A program made the position numbers and the translations under genes. The notes beneath the pieces were generated by a model. That model had not been told where the DNA came from. It searched no databases and saw only the letters and a list, made by a program, of their open reading frames with translations. Positions 1 through 8,027 of a DNA stretch of 32,000 nt are shown piece after piece. Position 1 is the stretch's first letter, and each line of letters opens with the position of its first letter. Source of the stretch: Geotalea uraniireducens Rf4 (GTDB lineage Bacteria > Desulfobacterota > Desulfuromonadia > Geobacterales > Geobacteraceae); contig NC_009483.1 in NCBI RefSeq assembly GCF_000016745.1, forward strand, positions 600,001 to 632,000, written 5' to 3'.

Positions 1-2
1 AT

Positions 3-266
3 ACCGGGGCGTACGCGTTGTTTGACCATCCGGATGCGGCCATGACCCCGGAAGCGCGGGAAGAGGCGTTTTACGAAAGTTCGCTGGAGCTGTTGAGTCT
101 GCCGCGGGTGCTGCGGCACATGTTCAAGGTCCCCTTGTCGGGATTTCCCTATGCCCACATCCTTTCGCTCATGAACCAGCTTCCGGTCCGAAAAGGGATG
201 AAGATAGCGTATGAGCAATGGAAAGCTTCCAAAAAGGCTGTGGGTGAAAAACAGATCATTGTGTAA
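3..266 (+). CDS. 3' end of a CDS entering from the left edge; product not recognisable
   Basis: The frame is open from nt 3 to TAA at 264-266. The TTG at 18 used by the ORF track is probably internal. No motif I recognise. Confidence 0.4.
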   Translation, partial: TGAYALFDHPDAAMTPEAREEAFYESSLELLSLPRVLRHMFKVPLSGFPYAHILSLMNQLPVRKGMKIAYEQWKASKKAVGEKQIIV

Positions 267-544
267 CCGACTGGGTTCTTCAAATACCTTGCTAAATTAA
301 GTCAAAAGCCACCCTCCCCCATATCCTGCCGCAGATTGCCTACTACATCGACCAGCGTAAGGTTGATATCCGGGGACTAAAAAACGACATCAATCCTCGG
401 ATCTATTTCAGCTAATGCTTATATTTTGTGCAAATCTGCTTTTGTGCCTGCTTGTTGTGCACTTTTCCCGGAGTGGCGGCGTAGTTTGAGAATGCAATTG
501 CCTTTAACTGGTCGATACTGTTATACTAAAATATCGTTTGTTCT

Positions 545-560
545 TGGCAGGAAGTTTGCT
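545..560 (+). promoter_or_regulatory. Candidate sigma-54 (RpoN) promoter, -24/-12 type
   Basis: TGGCAGGAAGTTTGCT matches TGGCAC-N5-TTGCW with the correct GG-to-GC spacing. It lies about 50 nt upstream of ATG 610. Three TTGTGC repeats (426, 442, 455) sit where an enhancer-binding-protein site would be expected. Confidence 0.45.
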
Positions 561-609
561 TGTTTTTTTTATCCACCCCCGACAATCAAGACATTATTAA
601 GGAGTTCTT

Positions 610-2088
610 ATGTCTACCATTGATAGCGAAAGTCATCGTCTGACTGAAGACATTCTCGGCTTCATCGAGGCTGGCGTCGACGCCGAGCTGCCCGCCTTCA
701 ACGACTACTCTATGCGACTGTTTGCATTCCAATACGCTAACAACAAGCTCTTTCGGGAGTTCTGTGATGCGAAGAAGGTCCGGCCCGGCGACATCGACCG
801 ATGGGAGGATGTGCCCATGGTCTACAACGATGTCTTCAAGACACATCTCGTGTCGTCTTTCCCGCTGGAGGAGGCGGTGCTGTCCTGTCTCACCGGCGGT
901 ACTACCAGCATTACGCAGCGGGGCCGCATCTTCCGTGACGAGGACGGCAAGCGCCTCGTGTTTGCGGCGAACCGCGTTATGACCGGCTCCTACCTCTTCC
1001 CCGACTTCGAGGAAGGGAAGCGTTGCCGCATCCTGATCCTTGCCCCCAGCCCCGAACTCGCCCCCTCCATGGGCATGGCCATCGGCATGGACCAGACCCG
1101 CCAGGCCTTCGGCACGCCGGACAGCATGTTCCTGCTCGGAAAGACAGGCATTGACATCAAGAATCTCCTCAAGGCGTTGCGCGAGTCGGAAGCGAGCGGT
1201 GTACCGGTAGCGCTCATCGGCGCTACGTCGGCGTACGTATATTTCTTTCAGGCCTGCCGTCGCAAAAAGATAAAGTTTCACCTGCCGCCAGGCAGCCGCA
1301 TATGTGACGGTGGTGGCTACCGGGGCCGATTCGGGGTCGTGACCCGCGAAGACTACTACGGGATGGTTCAGGAAATCCTGGCCATACCGGAGAGCCATTG
1401 CGTCAACGTGCTCGGCGAAGCAGAGACGGCGACCAACCTTTTTGACGATGCCCTCCGTCGTCATGTGAAGGGGTTGCCCCCCCGCAAGCGCACACGGCCG
1501 GTGCCGCCCTGGTCGCGTGTTCTGGCCATGAATATCGATGACTTGTCGCCGCTGCCTGACGGAGAGGTCGGTCTTCTCGCGCACTGGGACCTGGCCAACG
1601 TGCCGACGGTTCTGTCGGTGATCACCGACAACCTCGGCTATACCACCGACGGAGGAACCGGCTGCGAGATGGTGGGACGCGCCAAGATCGAGAACGGCAA
1701 GGTGTCGCCGCTGCCTGACGAAACACCCGGCAGCCCCATGGGGGACTCGGCAATCTTCCGCATGCTTGAGACCTATACGAACTTCTCCATCGACTTCAAG
1801 ATGGCGTTGGCCAAGGACCCGAAAGTCGCTCCCAGCGTGCGCGAGGAGATCGAAGCCAGACCCGGTTCTGTTGCGTCGTGCCCGCAGGTCGTTGACGAGA
1901 TTCTCGTAGCACAGGCCGATGATGAGGCTGCAAAGCTGCGGGATGACTCCTTGAAGACTTTCAAGGACCAGACCGAGCGGCCGCTGGATTGGTACAAATC
2001 AAAGTCGGATGAGCAGGTGCTGACAGATCACCCGGCCGGCCTCAAGTCTGAGCAGCAGGTTTCCGGCAAGGGGAAGAAGGTGAAGTGA
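610..2088 (+). CDS. LuxE/PaaK/F390-synthetase-like adenylate-forming acyl-protein (acyl-CoA) synthetase with a hydrophilic C-terminal extension of about 110 aa
   Basis: 492-aa ORF with AAGGAG at 599-604, 5 nt before the ATG. It has an LTGGTTS nucleotide-binding-like motif and a DGGGYRG motif that correspond, as I recall them, to the SSGTSG and GGGWK motifs of LuxE-type enzymes. The charged tail (about aa 380-492) has no recognisable domain. Confidence 0.6.
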   Translation: MSTIDSESHRLTEDILGFIEAGVDAELPAFNDYSMRLFAFQYANNKLFREFCDAKKVRPGDIDRWEDVPMVYNDVFKTHLVSSFPLEEAVLSCLTGGTTSITQRGRIFRDEDGKRLVFAANRVMTGSYLFPDFEEGKRCRILILAPSPELAPSMGMAIGMDQTRQAFGTPDSMFLLGKTGIDIKNLLKALRESEASGVPVALIGATSAYVYFFQACRRKKIKFHLPPGSRICDGGGYRGRFGVVTREDYYGMVQEILAIPESHCVNVLGEAETATNLFDDALRRHVKGLPPRKRTRPVPPWSRVLAMNIDDLSPLPDGEVGLLAHWDLANVPTVLSVITDNLGYTTDGGTGCEMVGRAKIENGKVSPLPDETPGSPMGDSAIFRMLETYTNFSIDFKMALAKDPKVAPSVREEIEARPGSVASCPQVVDEILVAQADDEAAKLRDDSLKTFKDQTERPLDWYKSKSDEQVLTDHPAGLKSEQQVSGKGKKVK

Positions 2089-2203
2089 ATACCCCAATCC
2101 CTGCCGGCCCTGGGTTCATCCGTGGCGCAGGAACCGCCACGTAGAGGATGTTTCTCTCCGGATAATTGGCGGGCAATCCGAACATGGCAAAAACAAACAT
2201 CGT

Positions 2204-2329
2204 AAAGGCAACGGAACACGGATCAAATCTGATTGAACGGATAAAGGCTGATTTTATCGGCTGAACCTCGGGTATTGTTTGCTCCGAAAAAATCCGCCCA
2301 ATCCGCTCTTCCAGTGTTCCGTTGCCTTT
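2204..2329. repeat. Perfect 16-bp inverted repeat (AAAGGCAACGGAACAC / GTGTTCCGTTGCCTTT) enclosing 94 nt that carries a dispersed repeat core
   Basis: Arms at 2204-2219 and 2314-2329 are exact reverse complements. The interior CGGATCAAATCTGATTGAACGGATAAA (2219-2245) recurs nearly identically at 13933-13960. Confidence 0.6.
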
Positions 2330-2446
2330 GTTTTTTATGTCTGCATAATTCAAAACGGACAGAGCCGATTGTGGTTGATAAATACGGCTTTTTCTGCTAG
2401 TTATGAAGGCGTTTTCCGCTGGAATAATGAATGCTGAGGATAGTTT

Positions 2447-2797
2447 GTGAACCTGAAAAAAACCGCTATCGTCTTGAACGGCTTTATCCATGACTTTGCC
2501 ACCGGCTACTGGCTTTCGGCCATGATATCGATCGTTTACCTCCATCATTTCCAATCACAGTACCCGGCGGTAGCCGATCTGCTCGGCCATATCGAACGTT
2601 TTTTCTTCTGGAGCTCTATCGGTGCAATGGTGTTGATCTTTGCCACTGGCGGCGCGCGAACGTTTACCTATGTGAACAATTTTTTCGGTGCGGATGTGGA
2701 AAAAACCAGGCGGAAGATGCTGGTGATCAAGCACGTCCTCCTGGTGGCGATAGCGGCTGCCGGTGGCTACATGGCTTATGTATTGACTTTTCATTGA
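2447..2797 (+). CDS. Small integral membrane protein (3-4 predicted TM segments), function unknown
   Basis: 116-aa ORF with a GTG start; GAGGA lies 6 nt upstream (2436-2440). It has three or four long hydrophobic stretches. Confidence 0.55.
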   Translation: MNLKKTAIVLNGFIHDFATGYWLSAMISIVYLHHFQSQYPAVADLLGHIERFFFWSSIGAMVLIFATGGARTFTYVNNFFGADVEKTRRKMLVIKHVLLVAIAAAGGYMAYVLTFH

Positions 2798-2880
2798 ATC
2801 TTACCACCGGCCTTCCCCGCGCAACCCCTTGATTTACTTGCCATGACAAAAAATCCCCGCTTTCCGAATCAGAAAACCAA

Positions 2881-2922
2881 TAGTTTCTCATCCGGGGTTT
2901 CCGGATGGAAACTATATATTTT
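2881..2922 (+). terminator. Candidate intrinsic terminator downstream of the small membrane protein gene
   Basis: TAGTTTC(t)CATCCGG-ggttt-CCGGATGGAAACTA forms a 14-bp stem with one bulge, followed by TATATTTT. Confidence 0.45.
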
Positions 2923-3128
2923 GCCGGACCGTTGGCCGCATTACGGCAGCGCCTTTGCGTTTCTGCGACTTTTCTGCATTGTGCGGCCAAATGGCTGTAA
3001 CTCCTGATGGCTTTTAATAATTTTAAAGACAAAATGCTTTGTATTTAGTAAGATATTAAGCATTTCGCTGGCGGTCTGATTCTTGCTTGGTTAAGCCGAG
3101 TTTTTGAAGCTTCTTGAAGGAGCAATTG

Positions 3129-4634
3129 ATGAACATTAAAAAGGTAGCTCTCATTACCCCCCCCTATCATTCCGGTGTCGTAGAGTCTGCCGGCACCTGG
3201 CTGAACGTCGGTTTTGTCTATATTGCCGGGGCGCTCAGGGCCGCAGGGTACGAGGTCGATTACTACGATGCCATGTCGCTCTGGCACAAATGGCCGGAAA
3301 TCCAGCAGCGCATCGAGGCGTTCAATCCCGACGTGGTCGCAACTACCGCCTATACCGCCTCAATCGTCCATGCCATTGAGCTTACCCGCCTTGCGAAGAA
3401 GATTAATCCGCAGGTCGTCACTGTCCATGGCAACGTCCATGCCACCTTCTGCTACGAAGAAATGCTCACCGCTGAGCACGACACGATCGATTTTATCGTT
3501 CGCGGCGAAGGGGAGACGACCCTGCCGTCCCTGCTCGACTGCCTGAATGCCGGCGGTGATCCGGCCACAGTCCCGGGGTTGGCATTCTATCGGGATGGCG
3601 CCGTGGTGGCTACGCCCAAGGCTCCCTATATTCAGGACCTGGATGCACTTCCTGCTGCCTGGGATCTGGTCGAATGGCCGATTTACTCCTACAGGGCCAA
3701 GAACAACGCCCGGTTGGCCATTGTTTCATCTTCCCGGGGATGTCAGCAGAAATGCTCCTTCTGTTCCCAGCAGCTGTTCTGGGCCCAGACTTGGCGGGCG
3801 CGGAGCGCTGATAATTTTGTAGCCGAGCTGGAAATGCTGAACAAAACATACGGGGTTGAAGTGGCGATGCTTGCCGACGAGATTCCCACCTTTGACCGGG
3901 AGCGCTGGGTGCGTATTCTCGACCTGATGATAGAGCGCCAGGTGCCGGTCAAGCTCCTGATGGAGACCAGGGTTGATGATATTCTCCGTGATGCCGATAT
4001 CATGGACAAGTATCGCCAAGGGGGCGTGGAGCATATCTATGTTGGTGTTGAAGCAGGCTCTCAGGAGACCCTTGACCTGTTCAAGAAGGACACCAAGGTG
4101 GAGCAGTCCAAGCAGGCCATCGACATCATCAACAATGCCGACATTGTTTCCGAAACTTCCTTTGTCCTCGGCATGCCGGAGGATACTCCGGAGTCGATCG
4201 CTGCCACTATTGAGCTTGCCAAACATTATAATCCGGATATGGCCTTCTTCCTTGCCATTGCGCCTTGGCCCTATGCAGAGCTTTATCCGCAGCTGGAAAA
4301 ATATGTGGCAACAAAGGACTATCGGAAATACAATCTGGTCGAGCCGGTAATCAAGCCTATTCATATGACCGTCGAGGATCTGGAGCGGGAGCTGGGCAAG
4401 GCGGCGCAGAAGTTCTACATGCACAAGTTCCAGAACCTGGACAAGCTGACCCCGTGGAAACGCGAATTCATGCTGGCTGTCTTTGATATATTGATCAATA
4501 ATTCTTATCTGGCCGGCCAAATGCGCGCCATGATGAAAGAAGGCAAGGAGATGCCTGCTGAAGTCAAGGCGCTGATTCAGAACGTTAAAGGGCACAAGGG
4601 CGGAATACCCCACGGGATTGCGCCCATTCCGTAA
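3129..4634 (+). CDS. B12-binding-domain radical SAM protein (class B radical SAM, BchE/HpnP-like architecture); substrate unknown
   Basis: The N-terminal Rossmann-like B12-binding region (KVALITPP...) is followed by the CQQKCSFC (CxxxCxxC) radical SAM cluster motif. GAAGGAG at 3116-3122 favours ATG 3129 over the TTG at 3114 used by the ORF track. Confidence 0.85.
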   Translation: MNIKKVALITPPYHSGVVESAGTWLNVGFVYIAGALRAAGYEVDYYDAMSLWHKWPEIQQRIEAFNPDVVATTAYTASIVHAIELTRLAKKINPQVVTVHGNVHATFCYEEMLTAEHDTIDFIVRGEGETTLPSLLDCLNAGGDPATVPGLAFYRDGAVVATPKAPYIQDLDALPAAWDLVEWPIYSYRAKNNARLAIVSSSRGCQQKCSFCSQQLFWAQTWRARSADNFVAELEMLNKTYGVEVAMLADEIPTFDRERWVRILDLMIERQVPVKLLMETRVDDILRDADIMDKYRQGGVEHIYVGVEAGSQETLDLFKKDTKVEQSKQAIDIINNADIVSETSFVLGMPEDTPESIAATIELAKHYNPDMAFFLAIAPWPYAELYPQLEKYVATKDYRKYNLVEPVIKPIHMTVEDLERELGKAAQKFYMHKFQNLDKLTPWKREFMLAVFDILINNSYLAGQMRAMMKEGKEMPAEVKALIQNVKGHKGGIPHGIAPIP

Positions 4635-4656
4635 TTGGTTGTCCTTTATATTCAGT

Positions 4657-4695
4657 GTAAAAGAAAAGGCCGTCGAACACGGCCTTTTCTTTTAC
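4657..4695. terminator. Bidirectional intrinsic terminator between convergent genes
   Basis: Perfect 17-bp stem GTAAAAGAAAAGGCCGT / ACGGCCTTTTCTTTTAC with a 5-nt loop. The stem itself contains A/T runs on both sides. Confidence 0.7.
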
Positions 4696-4799
4696 ATGGC
4701 AGTCAGCTACGAATATTTTTAAACACCCATCCTGTTGTGCCCTTTCCGTTCCATATGCTTTGAATATCGGTGCGAACTCGTAAAAATCAGCGGCTAAAA

Positions 4800-6026
4800 T
4801 CATTGGAAAAGGAATCTGGCGTCAGCCTGATCGAGCCTTACCTCGGGCTTTAGCGGGACACCGGATTTGGCTGTGCCGTCTGCCATGCCGATGGCCATTA
4901 TCAGAAGGTCCTGACTTCCAGGCATCAGGGTGCGGGGACCCCATTGCAGGAAAATTACCCGGTTGTCCTTGCTGTAGAGGGGGACTTTTTGTTCCTCGTT
5001 AACAAATTGTCCTTCCTTGTTGGAAAAATAGACGAGACCTGGTTTGATATCACCCATCCACTCTATGAAGTTTGCCAAACCTGAATATTTTGACTTTCCC
5101 CCCAAAATGAGCGGATTGCCAATGTCATACATGCCGGCATACGAGTGCTGAAGAGGGTTCAGGGCAGTTTCGTAGTAGTGGAGCCTGTCCTTTGTCCAGC
5201 CGACGTTCCCCGCGGATGTGCCGAATTCTCCGACCCAAGGTTCATCGCCATATACATAATAATAGTCGGTTGGGCTGCTGCCGACGTTGGCGATCTTGAT
5301 CAACAGGGTGAAATAGGTTTCGCCGGCGCGGAAGATGGCATATCGGTCAATATGCAGGACCGTCTTGTCGAAGGGCAATTCATGGCTGCTTTTTAAAACA
5401 AGCTTGGAGTCACTGGCATGGAGTACCTTGCTGCCGAGGAATGTCCAGGTGGACGGATCATGCTTGTCGTCCGGCGACGAAGCGATAGTTTCGTTGGCAT
5501 TGCACCAGAGGTGGTGCCATTCCTTGCCATCAAAGTGGGCCATGCCGGTTGCGCTCATGGTAAGTTCGATGTCGTCATGCTTTGAATAGGGCAGTCCGCC
5601 GCCGACAAAAAGCCCCTTCGGCACCATGTCCTGGCTGTCACGGAACCTGCTGAAGCAGGTCAATAACTGTTTCCCATCGGCAGAATAATTGAAAATATAG
5701 CCGTTGCCGTTTCTGTTGCTCCATCTGTAATTGAGATGGGGCGTATTCGCAGAGAGTTTCTTTTCACCACTGAAGAAATTGTAGAGGGGATCAAACTCTA
5801 TCTTTGCCAGCAGCCGGTTTTCCTCGCCCAGCATGAGATCATTCTTGATGTCGTACAGCAGCCCTCGGTCGCAGCTGAGAAGATATATACCTTCAAAATC
5901 GGATGAAAAATCGAAATGGGTTGCAAAAAAAAGAAATAAAAATGGCAGTACGATGGCGGTTATAGTAATGGCAACAAGCCGTTTTCTCTTAGAGAATGAT
6001 GCAATGTTAAAAAAAATTTTGCTCAT
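4800..6026 (-). CDS. Hypothetical protein with an N-terminal membrane anchor; no recognisable domain
   Basis: 408-aa ORF with a single N-terminal hydrophobic segment (LVAITITAIVLPFLFLFFA). It sits in a stretch visibly more AT-rich than its surroundings. There is no good SD in front of the only ATG. Confidence 0.65.
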   Translation of the reverse strand: MSKIFFNIASFSKRKRLVAITITAIVLPFLFLFFATHFDFSSDFEGIYLLSCDRGLLYDIKNDLMLGEENRLLAKIEFDPLYNFFSGEKKLSANTPHLNYRWSNRNGNGYIFNYSADGKQLLTCFSRFRDSQDMVPKGLFVGGGLPYSKHDDIELTMSATGMAHFDGKEWHHLWCNANETIASSPDDKHDPSTWTFLGSKVLHASDSKLVLKSSHELPFDKTVLHIDRYAIFRAGETYFTLLIKIANVGSSPTDYYYVYGDEPWVGEFGTSAGNVGWTKDRLHYYETALNPLQHSYAGMYDIGNPLILGGKSKYSGLANFIEWMGDIKPGLVYFSNKEGQFVNEEQKVPLYSKDNRVIFLQWGPRTLMPGSQDLLIMAIGMADGTAKSGVPLKPEVRLDQADARFLFQ

Positions 6027-6430
6027 GGTGAAGGGGTATTCCTTTTGACTGATGTGTGCACATTATGTGCAAAAAAAGTGTAAAAAATTATACAAGTAAG
6101 GGGAATTAATATTGCGACCCATTCCGCCGGCAGTCCTATCCAAAGGTGCTTACCGGCCCTCGGCTCTTTGCTTGAGAAAGAAAATTAGCGGCAGTGCAAT
6201 TTTGCTTTTTCTGTGGTCCATTTAAAACGTGTGGTGAAAGGGCGGTTAGTTTTTTGCAATGTCGGGTAATTGACTGAATTCGCTTTTTGCAGGAGAACGA
6301 GATGGCATAAAGAAATGCCGCCGATGAACTGTTTGCGGGGGGGACAAAAGAGCCCTACCTTTTGCGTCTGACCGTTATGCTATGCAATTCGAATGTAATG
6401 TTTGTGACACAATTATGATATTGCGGTGGA

Positions 6431-6697
6431 TTATTGGTGCAATAAGTGCTTTAATGAGAGGAGCGCGGCAGGTAATTTCAGTGGGTTCCCCCTTTTCCCA
6501 TAGAGGATTGCCAGCTCTTTGTGGGCTTCCAGATTATCGGGGTCAAGCTTTATCGCTTCCTGATACTCGGCTATGGCATCCTTGTATTGCTTGCTCTTCT
6601 CGAAAACCTTCCCCAGCTTGAAGTGGAGCAGTGGATTGTCGCTTGAACAGTGAAAAACCTCTGTCCTGAAAGAACAAAGGAGCCGTTTCCGGCCCCT
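6431..6697 (-). pseudogene. TPR-repeat coding remnant without a start codon
   Basis: The minus-strand frame reads ...DNPLLHFKLGKVFEKSKQYKDAIAEYQEAIKLDPDNLEAHKELAILYGKRG...*, a textbook TPR pattern. It is bounded upstream by an in-frame TAA (6698-6700) and contains no ATG/GTG/TTG, so it is absent from the ORF track. Confidence 0.4.
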
Positions 6698-6699
6698 TT
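6668..6699 (-). terminator. Candidate intrinsic terminator of the pal-like gene
   Basis: On the minus strand, AAAGG(g)GCCG-gaaa-CGGC(t)CCTTT is followed by TGTTCTTT, about 20 nt after the stop codon. Confidence 0.5.
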
Positions 6700-6718
6700 A
6701 AGGGTTATGAATCGTGAC

Positions 6719-7318
6719 CTATTTTGATATTATGACGAACTCGTTCCGACGGTTTTTCGCCCAGGCAGCCTCGCCATGGCCCGGATCAGCCGGTTTCTCC
6801 TTGCCGTAGCTGATTACGGCAAGCCTTTGCGCCGGAACGCCCATGGTTACTAGATACTGCATGGCAGACTTGGCCCTCTTCTCCCCCAAGGCGAGGTTGT
6901 ATTCATCCGAACCCAGCTCGTCGCAATGCCCTTCTATCTGGATCTTTACACCGGCCCTCTTTCCCATGATTTTCGCGTTATTCGTAAGCGTGTCACGGGC
7001 AATGGGTGTTAGTGCATATGAATCAAAATCGAAGAAAATCTTCTCCAGGGCAGCTTCTGGTCGTGCGTCAGCGTTGGCTGTATTTGTATTGGCGATATCT
7101 CCACCTGGCAGGCTCGTTATGGGTGCTTCCTTGATCGGTTGGTCCTTGATGCCGGTTTCATTCAGCACAGGCTTGACTGTCGATGTTTCCGCAGATTTAA
7201 CCGGTTCAGCCGCTGGGACCACTTCATCCTTCTTTACCATCTCGTGCTTTGCACAGCCGCCGGCAAAGAGTGCCCCAATAGTCAAAAACAAAAGATATTT
7301 GTTGTATGATTTACGCAT
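6719..7318 (-). CDS. Peptidoglycan-associated lipoprotein, OmpA/Pal family
   Basis: The C-terminal OmpA-like domain reads FDFDSYALT...IEGHCDELGSDEYNLALGEKRA...NRRNEFVI. The lipobox LFAGGC follows MRKSYNKYLLFL. GAGGAG precedes ATG 7318; the longer ORF-track start at 7411 lacks a signal peptide. No tol genes are adjacent. Confidence 0.85.
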   Translation of the reverse strand: MRKSYNKYLLFLTIGALFAGGCAKHEMVKKDEVVPAAEPVKSAETSTVKPVLNETGIKDQPIKEAPITSLPGGDIANTNTANADARPEAALEKIFFDFDSYALTPIARDTLTNNAKIMGKRAGVKIQIEGHCDELGSDEYNLALGEKRAKSAMQYLVTMGVPAQRLAVISYGKEKPADPGHGEAAWAKNRRNEFVIISK

Positions 7319-7518
7319 TTCTATGCTCCTCTCGTTCTCAAAGTTGTGTTTTAGGAGGGGATTTCCCTCTTGGTGATGTGCATGGAACCGGTAGCGCAAT
7401 TGTGCGTGCAAGGATGCAAATACCGATGGCTATACACGGACAGAGATGTGCCTATCCTCGGGATCTGTCCAGCGGACGCAAACAGTGGGCAGGCGGATTT
7501 ACAAACAGAATGGGAAAT

Positions 7519-7830
7519 TTATACGGGGTTTACAGGAGGGGCGCGGGCAGTGTGATGCTCAATCGGAATGAAATTAAACTTGCGGATTTCCTGATGGAAA
7601 GATGAGCTGAATGGTGTGGGAACAGCTAAAAAAGGAGCGATTTGGCACGTTACAACGTCAGCATTTACCCTTATCCCCGCTGGCTGGCCAGCCTTTACAG
7701 TTGTTTCGATAATGGCGCGAGGGCGCGGCTTTGGGGAATGGAGCTTCGAGAGATTGGGAACCCTCATCCCCAGGAAGACGAGACACAAGGCTGCCGTAGC
7801 AATAACAGTACACAAGAGTCTCTTGTGCAT
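7519..7830 (-). CDS. Possible small secreted protein (about 103 aa), hypothetical
   Basis: MHKRLLCTVIATAALCLVFLG looks like a signal peptide and AAGGGA lies 8 nt upstream. There is no family signature, and competing ORFs lie on the other strand. Confidence 0.3.
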   Translation of the reverse strand: MHKRLLCTVIATAALCLVFLGMRVPNLSKLHSPKPRPRAIIETTVKAGQPAGIRVNADVVTCQIAPFLAVPTPFSSSFHQEIRKFNFIPIEHHTARAPPVNPV

Positions 7831-8027
7831 TATGGATATCCCTTGAGCGCTCATCGTAAAAAATAACTTATACTAAATTTGCGTAACGTGCAACCCCGCG
7901 ACGGCGAAACTCCCATGGTTAAGGATTATCTAACGCCAGCATAGGGTGCTCGGTCTGTCACTACGGCACTACTACAACAGGGACAAGCATCACCAATGCC
8001 GCCACTCACAGCAACAGGTTTTACGAC

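Noticed and set aside
586-1584. 332-aa minus-strand ORF antisense to the luxE-like gene.
   Set aside because: No start context or family features, and it is fully embedded in a plus-strand gene with recognisable motifs.
2042-2554. 170-aa minus-strand ORF spanning the luxE 3' end, the repeat element and the start of the membrane protein gene.
   Set aside because: It crosses an obvious non-coding palindromic repeat and overlaps two better-supported plus-strand genes.
3726-4613. 295-aa minus-strand ORF antisense to the radical SAM gene.
   Set aside because: No signature, and it is entirely inside a confidently assigned gene.
6382-6621. 79-aa plus-strand ORF in the AT-rich spacer.
   Set aside because: It is antisense to the TPR-like frame, which has a far more protein-like translation. 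It has no SD.
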